Shown here: positions 50,465 to 64,000 of the stretch, piece after piece
How the letters are laid out: each line of letters starts with the position of its first letter
Numbering within the stretch: position 1 is the stretch's first letter
NCBI GenBank assembly: GCA_023213395.1
Contig: CM041465.1
Location: forward strand, 42,353,741 to 42,417,740
Length of the DNA: 64,000 bases
DNA from: Cycas panzhihuaensis
Taxonomy: Eukaryota; Plantae; Cycadophyta
Direction of reading: 5' to 3'
The notes under the pieces: model-generated
Database searches by the model: none
The model's input: the letters and a program-made list of their open reading frames with translations, nothing else
What the model was told of the DNA's origin: nothing
Program-made: the position numbers and the translations under genes

Positions 50465-51889
50465 ATGGGTTGAGTTTGGTATCGATAATAAATTGTCTTC
50501 TTTGGGGCTTTTATTTTTTATTTCACTTTCTTATGACTATAAAATTTTAAACTCATAATTTTAAATAACTTAACAGACAACTTGAGATTACCTATTATAT
50601 CTTGTGATGATTTCTTTAGATTGTTCATTTCTTCATACTCCACTCCACAGCAAGAAGTTCTTTTCATCTACAACTCCTTATAAAAGATATAAAGAAACTT
50701 ACAAAATGCTAATTTTATATGGCTTCATTTACACAATTTTATAATTAATGTCCATCACATTCACTACCCATTCTATAATATGCATTTTTTCATATTAGTT
50801 AGGTATTTACTATTCAATTTTAAGATTATAAAGTGCATAAATATATAAAATAAGACTTATATTTTTTATATTTCTTTTTCAACCCTATATTTTTTATTTT
50901 GCTTAATATTTAATAGTTAACAAAAAATTTATGGAGTATGAAGTTATAAGGTAGGACCCACTCTTTATAATACCTCAACTAATTTGAACACTTCGTAACT
51001 TTGTATTATAGGATTTCACTCATTTTCATGGACTTATGAGTTAATATGTACATTATAAAATGAGAAGGCTATTTTTCTAATTGAATTTAATACTTCATAA
51101 CTTCGCATCTCACAAAATCAATAATCACTTTTAATCTTAAACTCCTATATAAGTTGGCAAGATGTGAGGGGAAAATTATTTTTCACTATGGGACTTATAC
51201 AATTTTCCTTTTATATTGAAACCTTTATTACTTTGTGCACTTACGCTTCATACTTTATAGGATTGCTTATTATTTAAAACTTTATGCTTTTAAGTAGAAC
51301 TGTAGAGGGAAAAAAGTAAGGAGTCAACTACCATTATATTAAAGGCTTAGTAAATTTAATATTTGATCTCTATGAAGCCCATTTTATTCATCAACCTAAA
51401 TTTTGGATTATACTTCTTTACAATTTTCATGTAACATCTAATCCTAGAAAATTTTCTTGAATGTGAGGAAGAAAAGATGATGGAATCAGTAGGTAACTTC
51501 AATGTCTATTATCATTTCAGGGAATCCCAATTCTAATGTTTCTTTTGAGTATTAAAAATTTCAAAAACTCTATGATTTTATTCATAACTTTCTAATCACA
51601 ATAGTTAAAATTAAAACCTTAAACTCCTTAAAATTGTTTACATGTACAAGAGTAACATTATTAGAAATTTTAGTATATAAGGTCTATTCATAAAATATAA
51701 TAATCAATTTTCAATAACTTGATAACCTAGAATGAATAGTAGTATTGAATTCATTGCTACTATGAAATTATATTATGAAAATATTTATGGTATACATTTA
51801 TCTAATATATTAAATTATATTATAGGATAGAGATAACAAAAATTTTGTCACATACTTAAGACATTAGTAACATTATTTTCTTATTTTCA

Positions 51890-54800
51890 TTTTTTTTTTA
51901 ATATGGTAAAAAGTGAAGGGGTTTTAAAAGGGCCCCAACCCTATTACAAAAGCTACCTTTCAGCTAATCAGAATGCCATGACAAGCCCATGGACTAGCTA
52001 ATCTCTACCCTCAAACTCCTATCTAACCCAACCCTTCCACAACAAGCCCTGTGGCTAGCTTTAGTCTCTAGCATGAGAAAAGTCTTCCATATCCTTTTTA
52101 ACTAGACATAATAACTCTTCTGGCAAGCCCCTCTCTAGACCCTAGAACTCTTATTTAGAACCACCAAATTGGCCAACCTATTAGCTGTCCCATTACCCTC
52201 TCTATATATGTCTAATTTATAAAGTCTCTTTAGCCATGGTGACTTCTTGAGCATCTCTTATCATAGTCATTTTCCCAATCTGCCTCATTATCCCCTTTAA
52301 GGATCTTTATCACATTTAATGAATCTCCTTCAATGAGCATCTTATCGTACCTATCCATGGCAGCCATGTCCACTGCCCTTTGCATAGCCTTAAGCTCAGC
52401 TTTATGATTAGTCAACTGCCCGTAATATTATGAAAAGGCCCATAGAACTTTCTCTTCCTAGTCTCTACAAAGAACTCCCCCTCCACCCTCCCCTGGGTTA
52501 CCTTTAGAGGCTCCATCAAAGATTATTTTAACCCAATTTACCATAGGAGGAATCTAAGTATATTTCCTCCTTAATTCCCCAATAATATTGGGTCTGCCTC
52601 TTCCCCAACTGTCAATAATACTTCCCTTGAATTCAGAGATGCATTTTTCTTCTATGATTTTAACTAATTCCACAATAGTTGTACTAGTGACCTCTTGTAG
52701 CCTAACTTCATCCATTTCCTTCTCTTGAAAGATCCTTTTGTTTCATTCCTTCCATAGGTTCCATAACACCATGGGTAAGGTACTCTTCCAAATATAGTCT
52801 AGGATCTTACTCCTGAAAGGGAACTTCCATCTCGTCACTTGTTCTTTTAAAGTCCTAAGAGCCACATATTTTATCCTAAATTGGGACCATATGAGCATTT
52901 AAACTTTTGTAGAGAAAGAATAATGGAGGTTGATATGATCAAGTGACTCCTCCTTTATTTTATAGAGCACACACCTATTTGGCATAACAAAGCCCATCTT
53001 GCATAAATTATTCATTGTCAAGATCTTGTTTCTTAGGCAAAGCCACTAGAAGACTGTCACTTTGGGTATTAAACCCATCTTCCATACTCCTTCTAGCATT
53101 GGATTCTTAGTTGCCCCCCCATCGATGCAGATAGCCTGGTATCCCTACTTCATTGAGTACTCCCCCAAAGGGGAGTGAGCCCAAACTATAGAATCTGCTT
53201 TAGGAGTGTGTAGGATATAACATTGATCTATCTCTTTCTTAAGGACAATAATGCTTTCACTTATCTCCTGATCCCCTTACAAATTCTCAAAAGATCTCTA
53301 GGATCTATCCTAACCCTGCCCCTCTAAGTAAAATTTGACATTTTTTCCATGCAATCTCTCATAAACATCCTATAGGTGACCCACCATAGGCCTACCTTTC
53401 AGTTGAGAGTTGTTGCACCATGTATCCTCCCAGAAGTTAATACTTTCTGCATTCCCCAACTTCCACCTTAGACTAGAGATCAAGATTGGTCTAGAAGACA
53501 TCAAACACTTCCATATTGATGATCCATTGACCACATCGACATCCTCCTTCAGGAAATGCTTACCCACTATATGTTTTTAAGAGATAATTCTTCCCCATTG
53601 TCCCCCATCTTCCTTTGCCAATCTCCATCCTAGTTTGGCCACTAATGCCCTATTGAAGGAGGTTAGCCTTCTTATATTTAGCCTACCCACCCATCTAGGA
53701 AGGCAAACTTTGTCCCAAGTAACCAAATAAATTTTGTCTTTCTCTTCAGCTCCCAACCACATAAATCTTCTCTAAATACCCTTTAAGATCATTATAATCC
53801 TATTAAGTATCCTAAAGATTAACATAATGTAAATCAAGATGCTCTAAAGAGATGCTACAACCAACTGGACTTTATGAGCTTGACTAAGCAAGGAGCCTTT
53901 CCACCATAGAAGCTTTGTTTACATCTGGTCGACTATGGGGTTCCATAGCTCCCTTGACATTTTATTAACAAATAGGGGCATTCCCAAATAAGTGGTAGGC
54001 ATGGGGTGAATAGGCATTTCTAACACCCTACTTATCCTACTCTATAGTCTCTCCTTGGGGTTTATGAAGAGAACACTACTCTTATCCAAGTTTATTTTCT
54101 AGTTTATAACTCTCTTAAAGCTTTGGAGGCTAGTTTTAATAGCCCTCGATTCACCCAAGGTAGACTTACCTAATAAAATATTATCATCCACAAATTGGTG
54201 GTGAACTATGTTGACAATTCTTAGGGTGGGCTTTATACCTGTTATCAAGCCTTGTCTCCTAGATTCCTATGTAGCCCTCCCCCAGATTTTAGCCATGATG
54301 ATAAAAAAAAAAGGAGATAAGGGGTCGCTTTGCCTTAACCCTCTAAAGCTAAGAAAGAAAGATGTCAAGGCACCATTAACTAGGACTAAGAATTAGGGTT
54401 TAGAGATGCAACATTCTATCCACTCCCTCCATGCCTCCCTAGAGCCAAAAGCTTGGAGACAGTCCAGAAGATAGTCCCATGCCACTCGATCATATGCCTT
54501 TGAAAAATCTATTTTCGCAATCATACCTGCCTCCTTTCTATAACAAGCAGAGTGAATTAATTTATGAACTACAATAATGCCATCCATGATTTATCTCCTT
54601 TTCATAAAACAATCCTGGTTTGGAGAAATAATAAGCGACAAGCACTTCTTTAGTCTATTGGATAGTATTTTAGCCAATATTTTGTACTTGACATTGCATC
54701 AAATAATTACTTTAAACTCCTCCATTACCTTTTCTCCCTCCTTCTTTGGTATCAAGACTAGGAATATAGCTTGCCATTCCTTCAAAATTGTCCTTTTCTC

Positions 54801-57800
54801 ATGGAATTCATCTAGGGCCTTTTGTAAATCTTCCTTGATTATATCCTAGTAATCTTGAAAGAATCCTACGGGGAACTCATCTGGACTAGGTGCCTTGTCT
54901 CGTCTCATCCAAAAAAGGGCTTTTTCCACATTCTCCATAGGGAACTCCTCCTTCAAGAGCCTCATTAATTAGCTTTAGGATGAAACTCATAAACTCCCCC
55001 TTTATCCTTGCATCTTGACATCCCAATTCTTCGAAAAGATCCTTAAAATAGTATATCACTATATTTTTAATCTCTTCCTCCACCCTAGTCTCAGCCCCAT
55101 CTCTATTAATTAACTTATCGATTATATTGCTCACCCTATGCTTTAGAGTTGTCATGTGGAAAAACTTGGTATTCTTATCCCCCTCTGCCAGCCAAAGGGC
55201 CTTGGACTTTTATCTCTAATAAATCTCCTCCTTTGCTAAGACTTCCTCTAGATTTATGAGAGACGACCACTCTGACTTGCCTAGAGAAAGGGATCTATCT
55301 TCTTCTTGGATCCTTCCTTTGATCTCACGAAGCCCCTTGATAATTTATCCATTCACTTCAAAAATATTACCAAATACCTCTTTATTCGAAGCTTTAACTT
55401 GTCTTTTTACATAGTTCAACTTCTTTAAGAACCTCAACATTGCATAGCCTTCTATCAGTTTACCCCACCATTCCTTAATCTAATTCTTAAGATCTGTGTG
55501 TTTAGTCCACATGAGTTCAAAATGAAAGGGGGAACCATGATGTCTCTCTATAGTATTAAATTCAAGCAACAAGTGATTAGATGCCACCTTAGGTAGGGCA
55601 TATAATCTAATATCATTATGGGACCTGGCCCATTCATAATTAATCATAACTCTATATAATTTAACCTGGATATGATGATCTCCCAATCTTCTATTAGACT
55701 AGGTATACTTAGCCCCTCTCAACATGATATCCATCAACCAATCTCCCAAGTTAGTCATGCTTTTGGACCAACCCTCTTGTCCCCCTTTCTTTTCCCCTGG
55801 TGACAAGGTTGTATTAAGATCCCTTACCACCAACCAAAGACCTTTCCAATCTTTGTGAGCCTCCAAGGCTCTATCCTAGAGATTCTTCCTACCTTCCATC
55901 ATCATGGAGGCATAAATATCAGTAACTAACCATCAAATATTTACTTTTTTATAAGTTATATAGATTGGCATAAGGTGATATTCTTGGGCAAAGTCTTCTC
56001 GATGCTAGTCCTTCAGGTTCCAGAGGACAGCCATCCCCCTGGAACCTTGACTCCCCTCCTTCATCAACATCCCCCCTTTCCTACATATCTTATTTTTGAT
56101 CTCTAACCCTTTTAGACTATCCAACTTTATCTCTTATAACATAAGAATGTTTGATCCCATTCTTATATGCGTGTCTTTAATAGCCCTCTACTTGGAAGGA
56201 GCATTTAGGCCCCTTATATTCTAGGAAACAATCCTCATAAAAAGCCCTACACACTCTCCCTAATATCGAAGCTTCACCTTCTACTCCTTAGAGTTGGTCC
56301 CTCTGCAACCCCCTCCTTAAGGGTTTGCTAGTAACCTTGATCAATTTGGGAGACAACTTCTGTTTCTCTAACCATCTTCTGAGTGTGTCTTTTCACCCTT
56401 TTATCACTACCCAGGTCTGGTCCCTTCCACTAGCTAGTCCTCCTCTGCTCCTCTTGTATCTTGTTATCCTTAATTTTCTACATTCTTTCCACAGTCATAA
56501 GCCCCTCCTACATGCCTACTATGAGTGAGCCCTCCTCAAGTTAGATCCTATCTTGAGTCTCTCAGCTAATCTGGTACAGCCCCAGCCATTTCAACCCTAC
56601 GAGGAGCCTCCTCTAACCTCAATATCTATGTGGTCTCCTCCCCTTCCTTAAATAGGGTATCCTCTTCTTTGAGGTTAACATCCCTAACTCCTCCCTTAAT
56701 CCCCTCACCCTCCTATAATTATGTTGGCCTAGTCAGTTGGAGTTCTTCTTTATCCCTCTCCTCTTCTGCATCTTTTCTTTTGGATCCATAAGAGTGTTGC
56801 CTAAATTTGAGTCTTCCTTAATTTCTATCCCTACCTTCTTCATCTCTCCTAAGTAGGTCATTGGGATGTGCCTTAGACATTTACAACTGGAACATCTCAC
56901 ATTATCCAACTCATATACTAGTTTCTGGTCTCTACTCCATTCTCCTGATTCAATCTTCATCGAGTTCAGGAGCCTCTTATCTAATCTAACTAGTATGCAG
57001 AATCTAACATTTATCAATCTACTCTTATTTTTTGTTGTTGAATCAATAGCCAACAATGGGCCTATTGCCTTTGCCATGCCTTTTATTACTTCCAGGTCCC
57101 ATACTTATAATGGGATCCCTGACATATTAACCCATATTGGGGCCCACTTCATTGTTGGTATGGATGGATCGAAATCCAAATGCCACTTTTCCAAGATTAT
57201 TGCCTTTCTGCCCAGCATCCAGGGTGATTTTAATAAGGTAATAAACATATCTTCATGATTTACAAATTTGAATAAAATACATCCTTTTGACAGAGCCATT
57301 ACCTCCACTTGATTTTTGATCCTCCATCTAATAACAAGCCATTTTCTAATCACATCTAGACTCACTTTGGGGCCTGAGAACCTACCTATCAGGCTGTTCT
57401 CCTAGTACTTCTCTATTCTCTCGGCGAGTCCTTTTGGAATAGAAATTTTGATTACATTATTTTGGGAGATGGGGTTTATTTCGCGATGTGTTTCCTCTCC
57501 TTATTTTAATATGTCTCAGTAGGATCTTCCTAAAGGGGAAGATTGTGTTTGGTTTACTTGATTTATTTCCTCTATTAAATAAATAACTAATTTTGTTGGT
57601 TACATTAAGAAAGCTCAAAACACTAATAGGTAGTATAGTCTAGTTACCCAGTCCTTTAAGGCTTTGTACATACCTGACTTATAGTAATATTGTGGCAACT
57701 ACTTCCAACCTTTTTACCATTAGGTAGTCTTCCTTTGATGTCCTCACTTTTGGGTCAAATCCTTCGCCCATTCTGTTAAGTATCTACCTTCCTTGATGTT

Positions 57801-58190
57801 TGATCTGTATAACTAAGAAGGAGTTGCCCTTGATCTTACAACTATCATCTTACCTTTGCATCTTAGCCAACCTGTTCCTCTAGTCCAACATGAGCTAGTT
57901 TATATACATTGAGGCCAACCCACCACCTCTTCATCCCTCCTCAAAGTACCCTTTAATATGGCTATCTGATTTAGCAATCCATCCCCACTATCTCACTTGG
58001 GAATTGAAAGGATATTAAACTAGCCCTTTTACCAAACCTGAACCCATTCTCCTATTTGGAAGATTCTCATCATCTCTAGAGTCAATTGTAAAGCCTTAAT
58101 CAGTCACCATTGCCACTGGTAAACCCTAACAGATCCCTTAAAAAAATCTATTATAGTTTGAGGAGATTGGTAATTTGTTTAGCCAATACC
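51890..58190 (-). mobile_element. L1-clade LINE copy 2, apparently full length (ORF1 and ORF2 decayed)
   Basis: Poly-T tail at 51890. ORF2 starts MRIVS*NIRGLNAP at 56238 and carries EN, RT, zf-RVT and RNase H-like motifs. ORF1 has a DUF4283-like segment (PWMLGRKAIILEKW) and a zinc-knuckle remnant (VRCSSCKCLRH). Possible TSD TTATTTTCTT..TTCATTT near 51873 and 58191. Confidence 0.9.
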
Positions 58191-59275
58191 TTATTTTCTT
58201 TTCATTTTAAGTATCAAAATCATATTTTATTAGTAATTTCATTACTTTATTATGTTTTGGTTTTAAATGAGCTCAAATGAAGAGATAATTCATTATGATA
58301 AATATGAACTATAAAATATTATCCAAGAATATAATATCACAATATTTTAAGTGTTTAATCTATTATGATAACTCTAAATAGCAATTGGTGTAGCTTTTCT
58401 CATGAAAATTTAAATTTTTTGGCATGTAAAATATCATGAAACTTTACTAATTACTTTGTAATTATTTTATAAAGTAAATTAAATTATATAAATTATAAAT
58501 TATTTAGTATAATCTTTAATAATGAGTATGGGTTGAATGGTTAATAATATTTTCGAATTCTAAAAGGTGTATTTATATGCAGATGGCCAATTAAACTTAA
58601 TAGCCTTATTCTATTTTAGCATAACTAAGTGGCATTCTCTTAATATAAATATTAACTTATATTAAATACTAAAGATAATTGTAATCACTTATTAAATAAT
58701 TATTGTGTGCTTTTCATTATTAATACCTATGTTGAGAAATATAAATATTAATCATATAATGATAAAATTTGATAAAACTCCCTAGTTGAATTTATTTATA
58801 TTTAAATCTAAATCACCTAAAGTTGTATTAAATAAAGCCATTAATATGACATTTCTTTCATCGCATACTCACTTTGATTTTAGTAGTATATTAATGACAT
58901 CATAAAAAATTATGTTCTTATTTAGCACTTAAATTCTCATGTATGACTCTCAACACTCTATCTTTTGTGATTTTGATCATATTCATCTTTTCGATATGTG
59001 TAAGCCTCATGTATAAGCTTAATACTATTAAAAAAAGGTTTTATTTGTATTTATCTTTAACTTAGGTGAATATAGTTTTATTTATATATAATTGAAAATA
59101 AGGACCTGAGTGAGCTGTATTTATGTTTCGTAAAGATAAACCAATAAAGGGTTATAATAGGCCCTATATATACTTAATATAATTTTGTGAATGTTAGGGT
59201 CTTTGTAAGTTTTTAATATATAGTTGGAAGGCTAATTACCTACCTTCCTCAACTTCCCATGACTGTATAAATACC

Positions 59276-62200
59276 TTTTTTTTTTTTTTATTATTAGGTA
59301 TAAGAAATAATAAGGGTTTTACTAGGGCCCCAACCCTTTAACAAGTGTAGCCTATTAGCTCACATAATGTCCATGACAAGCCCATGGCCTAGATATAGCC
59401 ACTCATCAAGACTAGCTAGCCTACCCTATTGTGACAAGCCTAGTGGCTAGCTCAACTACTATAATCTAGATGAATCCTCCTTAACTAGATTCATAATCTC
59501 ATATAGGATTTCCTCCATCTAAAAGTAAGACCTCTTGTGACTTACCCCAAATTGGCTAGCTTATATATAGCCCCATTTGCTTCCTTGTACGTATGTTTCA
59601 CTTGAATATTCCCCCATCTCTTTAGAGTATCCTTTATATCTCTGATCAGTGTAGCTACTCTCTAATTAGCCTCCACCTTCCTTATAAGTAGATTAATAAC
59701 ACTTAAGGAATCCCCTTATATGATTAGCTTCTCACACCCCAACTTACTAGCTAAGTCCACTACTTTTTGCATGGTTGCCATTTCAACTCTATGGTTAGTC
59801 TGCTGACCATAATAGTTTGCAAAAGCCCACTTGATTTCCCTTCTGGAGATTCTACAAATACCTCCTTCTCCAGCCTCCCCCAGATTCCTTTTAGCCATGC
59901 CATCAAAGTTTATTTTTACCCATGTTTCCGTAGGAGGAATCCACTGATAATCTTTTCTCAGGTCCTTAGATATTTTGGATGTTATCCCCCATCTCTCTAT
60001 TATGGTCCTTTTAGAATCTAAGATGTTTTCTCCTCCTTAAGTTTAGTAGTTTCCCTTATTCTAGCCTTGATAATCCCAAAAGTGCTATATTCGTCCCTCT
60101 ACTTGTCTTGAAATGTCCTCTTGTTTCTCTCTTTCCATAAATTCTACATTGTGATAGGTAAAGATATTCTCCACATATAAGCCAGGGTTCTGCTCCTAAA
60201 AGGGTTTGTCTAAGCTAACAACTGATCCATGAGGGTTCTAGATGTCACCCATTGTACATCAAAATGAGCCCATATCATCTTCCATACCCTTCTTGAATAT
60301 GAGCAATGGAGGAGAATATGATTTACCGAATCCTCATCCTCCTTGCATAATACACACCAATTTACCATAGAAAATCCCCTCCTCCTTAAGTTATCCACTA
60401 TAAGGATCTTATTCCTTAAGCATAGCCACTAGAATACTTCTATCTTGGGGATCAAGCCCATTTTCCATACCCCATCCAGAAGTGGGTGCTTTCTGTCCCC
60501 TCTTTCCTGGCATAAAAATGGGTATCCTTGTTTTGCCAAATAATCACCAGTAGAACTAATAAGCCATACCATTGAATCTTCTTCCACTCTTCTTAGGATA
60601 TAGCATTGTCTAATTACCTTTTTTAAGTTTCTATTTGATCTTAGATCACCTGCCTTTCTTAGAGCTCATGAAAGTTACTCCCCATAGTAATCTAGTACTA
60701 GACCACCTAGTAGCCCTTCACCTTTATTCCATAGGTCCTCTCTCATGGAGCCTATAAGGGGCTCACTTCTAGTCTCCCTTTAAGTTGTACGTCACCACAC
60801 CATACATCCTCCCAAAAGTTTATAGTGCTGCCATCCCGTAGCTTCCATTGCACTCCTTCACCCAACATCCATTTCGAATGGAGCACATTCCTCCAAATTG
60901 ACGATCCGTAGGGAGTTAGGGAGTTGTCATTTAAGAAATGTCTCCCTTGGAGGTACTTTTGGGATATGATCCTTTCCCATAACCCCCTACCTTTCTTAGC
61001 AAGTTGCCATCCAAGCTTTGCCACCAGAGCTTTGTTAAAAAGGACTAATCTCTAAAGGTTCAAGCCACTTACCCATTTTAGATGGCAAACTTTATGCCAA
61101 TCCACCAATTGAATTCTATCTTTCTCCTCTATCCCAGCTTAGAGGAACCACTTCTGAACAGATTCCAAGATAGACCTAACTTGGAGTGGAATCTTAAAAG
61201 TAGACATCATGTAAACTAGAATACTTTGTAGAGAGGCAGTTACTAGTTGAATCTTACCAGGTTGGCTAAGCAGAGAGCCCTTCTAACTAACCAATTTCCT
61301 TTGTGTCATGTTAATTATGGGATTCCATAACTCCTTTGACATCTTACCCATGAATAGTGGCATGCCTGAGTAGGTAGTCAAGAGCTTGTGGATTAACATC
61401 TTGAGAATCTTGTTGATATTCCTTTGAACCCTATCCTTAGTGTGCACAAAGAAGATATTATTTTTGTTGAGGTTTACCTATTAATTGGTGGCTCTCTCAA
61501 ACTTGTTCAATTCTTCTTTAAACCTTTGGGCTCCCCTCAAGGCAACCTTACCTAATAATATATTATCATCCCTAAATTGATGATGAACAATATTCTCAAT
61601 GCTAATGTAGGCTTAATCCTAGTAACCATACCCAACCTCTTGGCCATCTCTATAGCCCTACTTAACATCTCAATTAGGATTATAAAGAGATAAGGAAGAT
61701 ATGATCTCCTTGTCTCAACCCTTTGGATCCCAAGAAAAAGCTCGCTAAGATGCCATTAACAAGAACCAAGTATTAAGGGTTCATTATACATGACTCTATC
61801 CATTCTCTCCACTTTCTCCCAAATCCAAAAGCTTTTAAGCATTCTAACAAGCAACTCCAAGACACTCTAACATATACTTTAGATAAGTCAATTTTGATTA
61901 TCATGCTAGGTTCTTTCCTTTGGTGGGTAGAGTGGACCATTTCATGGATGACAATTATGCTATCGATGATTTGCCTACCCTTCACAAAGCCATCTCGGTT
62001 AGATGATATAATCCCAAGGAGGATTCCTTTAAGTCTATTAGCCAGAACCTTGGTCAAAATTTTATATTTTACATTGAATAAGATGATTGGATAAAAGTCC
62101 TCCATTCTAGATGCCTACTCCTTCTTCAGGATTAACATGAGGAAGGTAGCTTTCCATTCCCCCAACATCTTCTGATTCTCTTGAAACTCATATATTACAT

Positions 62201-64000
62201 TCATGAGATCCTCCTTGATTATGTCCAAGTATTCCTGAAAAAAATCCATGGGAAATCCATTTGGTCTAGGTGCTTTTTCCTTCCTCATTCTGAATATCAT
62301 TCTTTTAACTTCTTCTATAGGGAATGGAGCCATAAGCAATCTATTATAATCCTTATTCACCAAGATATGGATGACATTGAAGAACTCCTTTTTGGCCCCC
62401 TCATCTTAACATCCCATCTCAGTGAGAAGCTTCTTAAAGTAATTTATTACTATCTTTTTCATGTCCTCCCATTTGCTAACTTCCTATCCTTCTCTATTAT
62501 ACAACTTGCTTATCATGTTACTAGCTCTGTGCTTCACAATTGTTATATGAAAAAGAATTATGTTCCTATCCCCTTCAGCTAGCTAAAGGGCCCTAGATTT
62601 TTGCTTCTAATGAATCTCCTCCTTAACTAGGACCTCCTCCCAATTTTTAATGAGGTCTCTCTCCATCTAATTTGACTCCTCGGACCTACTCTCCTCATGG
62701 ATCCTAGCCTTGACTGCTTTTATTTCTTTATCTAATTGGTTCTTAACTTCAAAAATGTTTCCATAGACCTCTTTGTTCCAGTCTTTTACACTTCTTTTAA
62801 CCTAATCTAGCTTCTTTGAGAACCTATACATGACACTTCTTGATATCGGTATCTTCCACTATTCCTCAATTAGCTCCTTAAGGTTTGGATGTTTTATCCA
62901 CATCAGCTCAAACCTGAATGGTGACCCCATATACTTTTGGATATCAAAGAATTCAAGTTAAAGGGGGGAGTGATCTGACATCATCTTTAAAAGAGCTTCT
63001 AGCCTGAAGTTGTCATGATAGCTAGTCCAAGTATAATTAACTAACATTTTGTCTAATCTCACCTATATGTGGTGGTTCCTAATCCTCTTATTTGTCCAGG
63101 TATACTTGGCCCCTCTTAGGGGTACATTCATTACTTCTTCTATTTGCATGAAGGTGCCCAAATTTCCTATACTACTTGTCTAATCTCCATGACCTCCTTT
63201 CTTCTCTCTGGGAGATAGGGTAGTGTTAAAATCTCTTCCAACTAGACAGGGCCCCTCCCACTCCATGTGCCCCTCTAGGATCTATTCCCAAAGAGTCCTC
63301 TTACCTTTCCCTTAGGTAGGAGCATAGATATTTGTATCCCTCTACTTTACATTTATCCCCCTAGATATTATCCAGGTGGATATGTAATGCTCTTCCATCT
63401 TATATAGATCTCCATACCACTCCTTTGGGTTCCACATGACTTCCAATCCCCTTGAACCTGGGTGACCATCCATCCCTAACATATCTGCCTTTTTCCATAT
63501 CTTATCCTTAAGTCTAGCTCTATTTTCCTTAGTCAATTGAGTTTCTTATAAAAATAAAATATCTAGTTTCATTCTCATGTAGAGATCCTTCACCGCTCTT
63601 TGCTTAGAGGGAGCATTTAACCCTCTTATGTTCCAAGAGATAATCTTCATCTCCTCCTCTTGGTACTCCAAGCTTCCCTTCTTTCTTCTTTCTATAGTTC
63701 TCTACCCTCCTCTCTGCCCCTTAATCTAAGTCCCTCATAACCTCCTTCCTTTAGCATTCTCTAGCTTCCTTGGTCTATTTATGATGCCACTTTTCTCTCC
63801 CTTATCATCTTAAGAGTGGGCCTCCCCAGTGTTTTGTCAGATCCCACATCAGGGCCCTTATGTTGCCCCATACCACTTTGATCCTTATGGAGGTCCTTTC
63901 CTTTATCCTTCCAAATCCTTTTAAGTCCCCCTAAGGCGTCCTCCACTAGGGCAATAGACCTCCCCTTTGGCCTTTCTTGATCCTCTCAGGGTTGTCCTCT
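59276..64000 (-). mobile_element. L1-clade LINE copy 3, running off the window end
   Basis: Poly-T tail at 59276-59289. ORF2 starts MKIISWNIRGLNAPSKQR at 63650. RT (YKILTKVLANRLK, KIDLSKVY), zf-RVT (WCVLCKEDEDSVNHILLHC) and RNase H-like motifs are present. Confidence 0.93.

Overview
AT-rich, CpG-depleted nuclear DNA of a large-genome vascular plant (gymnosperm- or fern-like, inferred from gene and TE architecture). One host gene is present: the 5' part of a plastidic glucose transporter (pGlcT type) on the minus strand, with six coding exons between 19349 and 15674 and one GC-AG intron. Its next intron apparently exceeds 15.6 kb and is filled with retroelements. The rest of the window is nested, mostly decayed retrotransposons. 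(1) A Ty1/copia element is split by a 5.6 kb RT-less Ty3/gypsy derivative (4243-9835) that has a tRNA-Glu PBS and repeats matching the tRNA-Glu anticodon arm in its LTRs. (2) An intact 325 bp TRIM. (3) A non-coding LTR element with tandemly repeated PBS units. (4) Three co-oriented L1 LINEs that share conserved 3' stem-loops. (5) A full-length CRM-like chromovirus inside one LINE. (6) A second copia whose gag is split by a 2.56 kb GC-rich solo LTR. All coordinates and alignments were read by eye.
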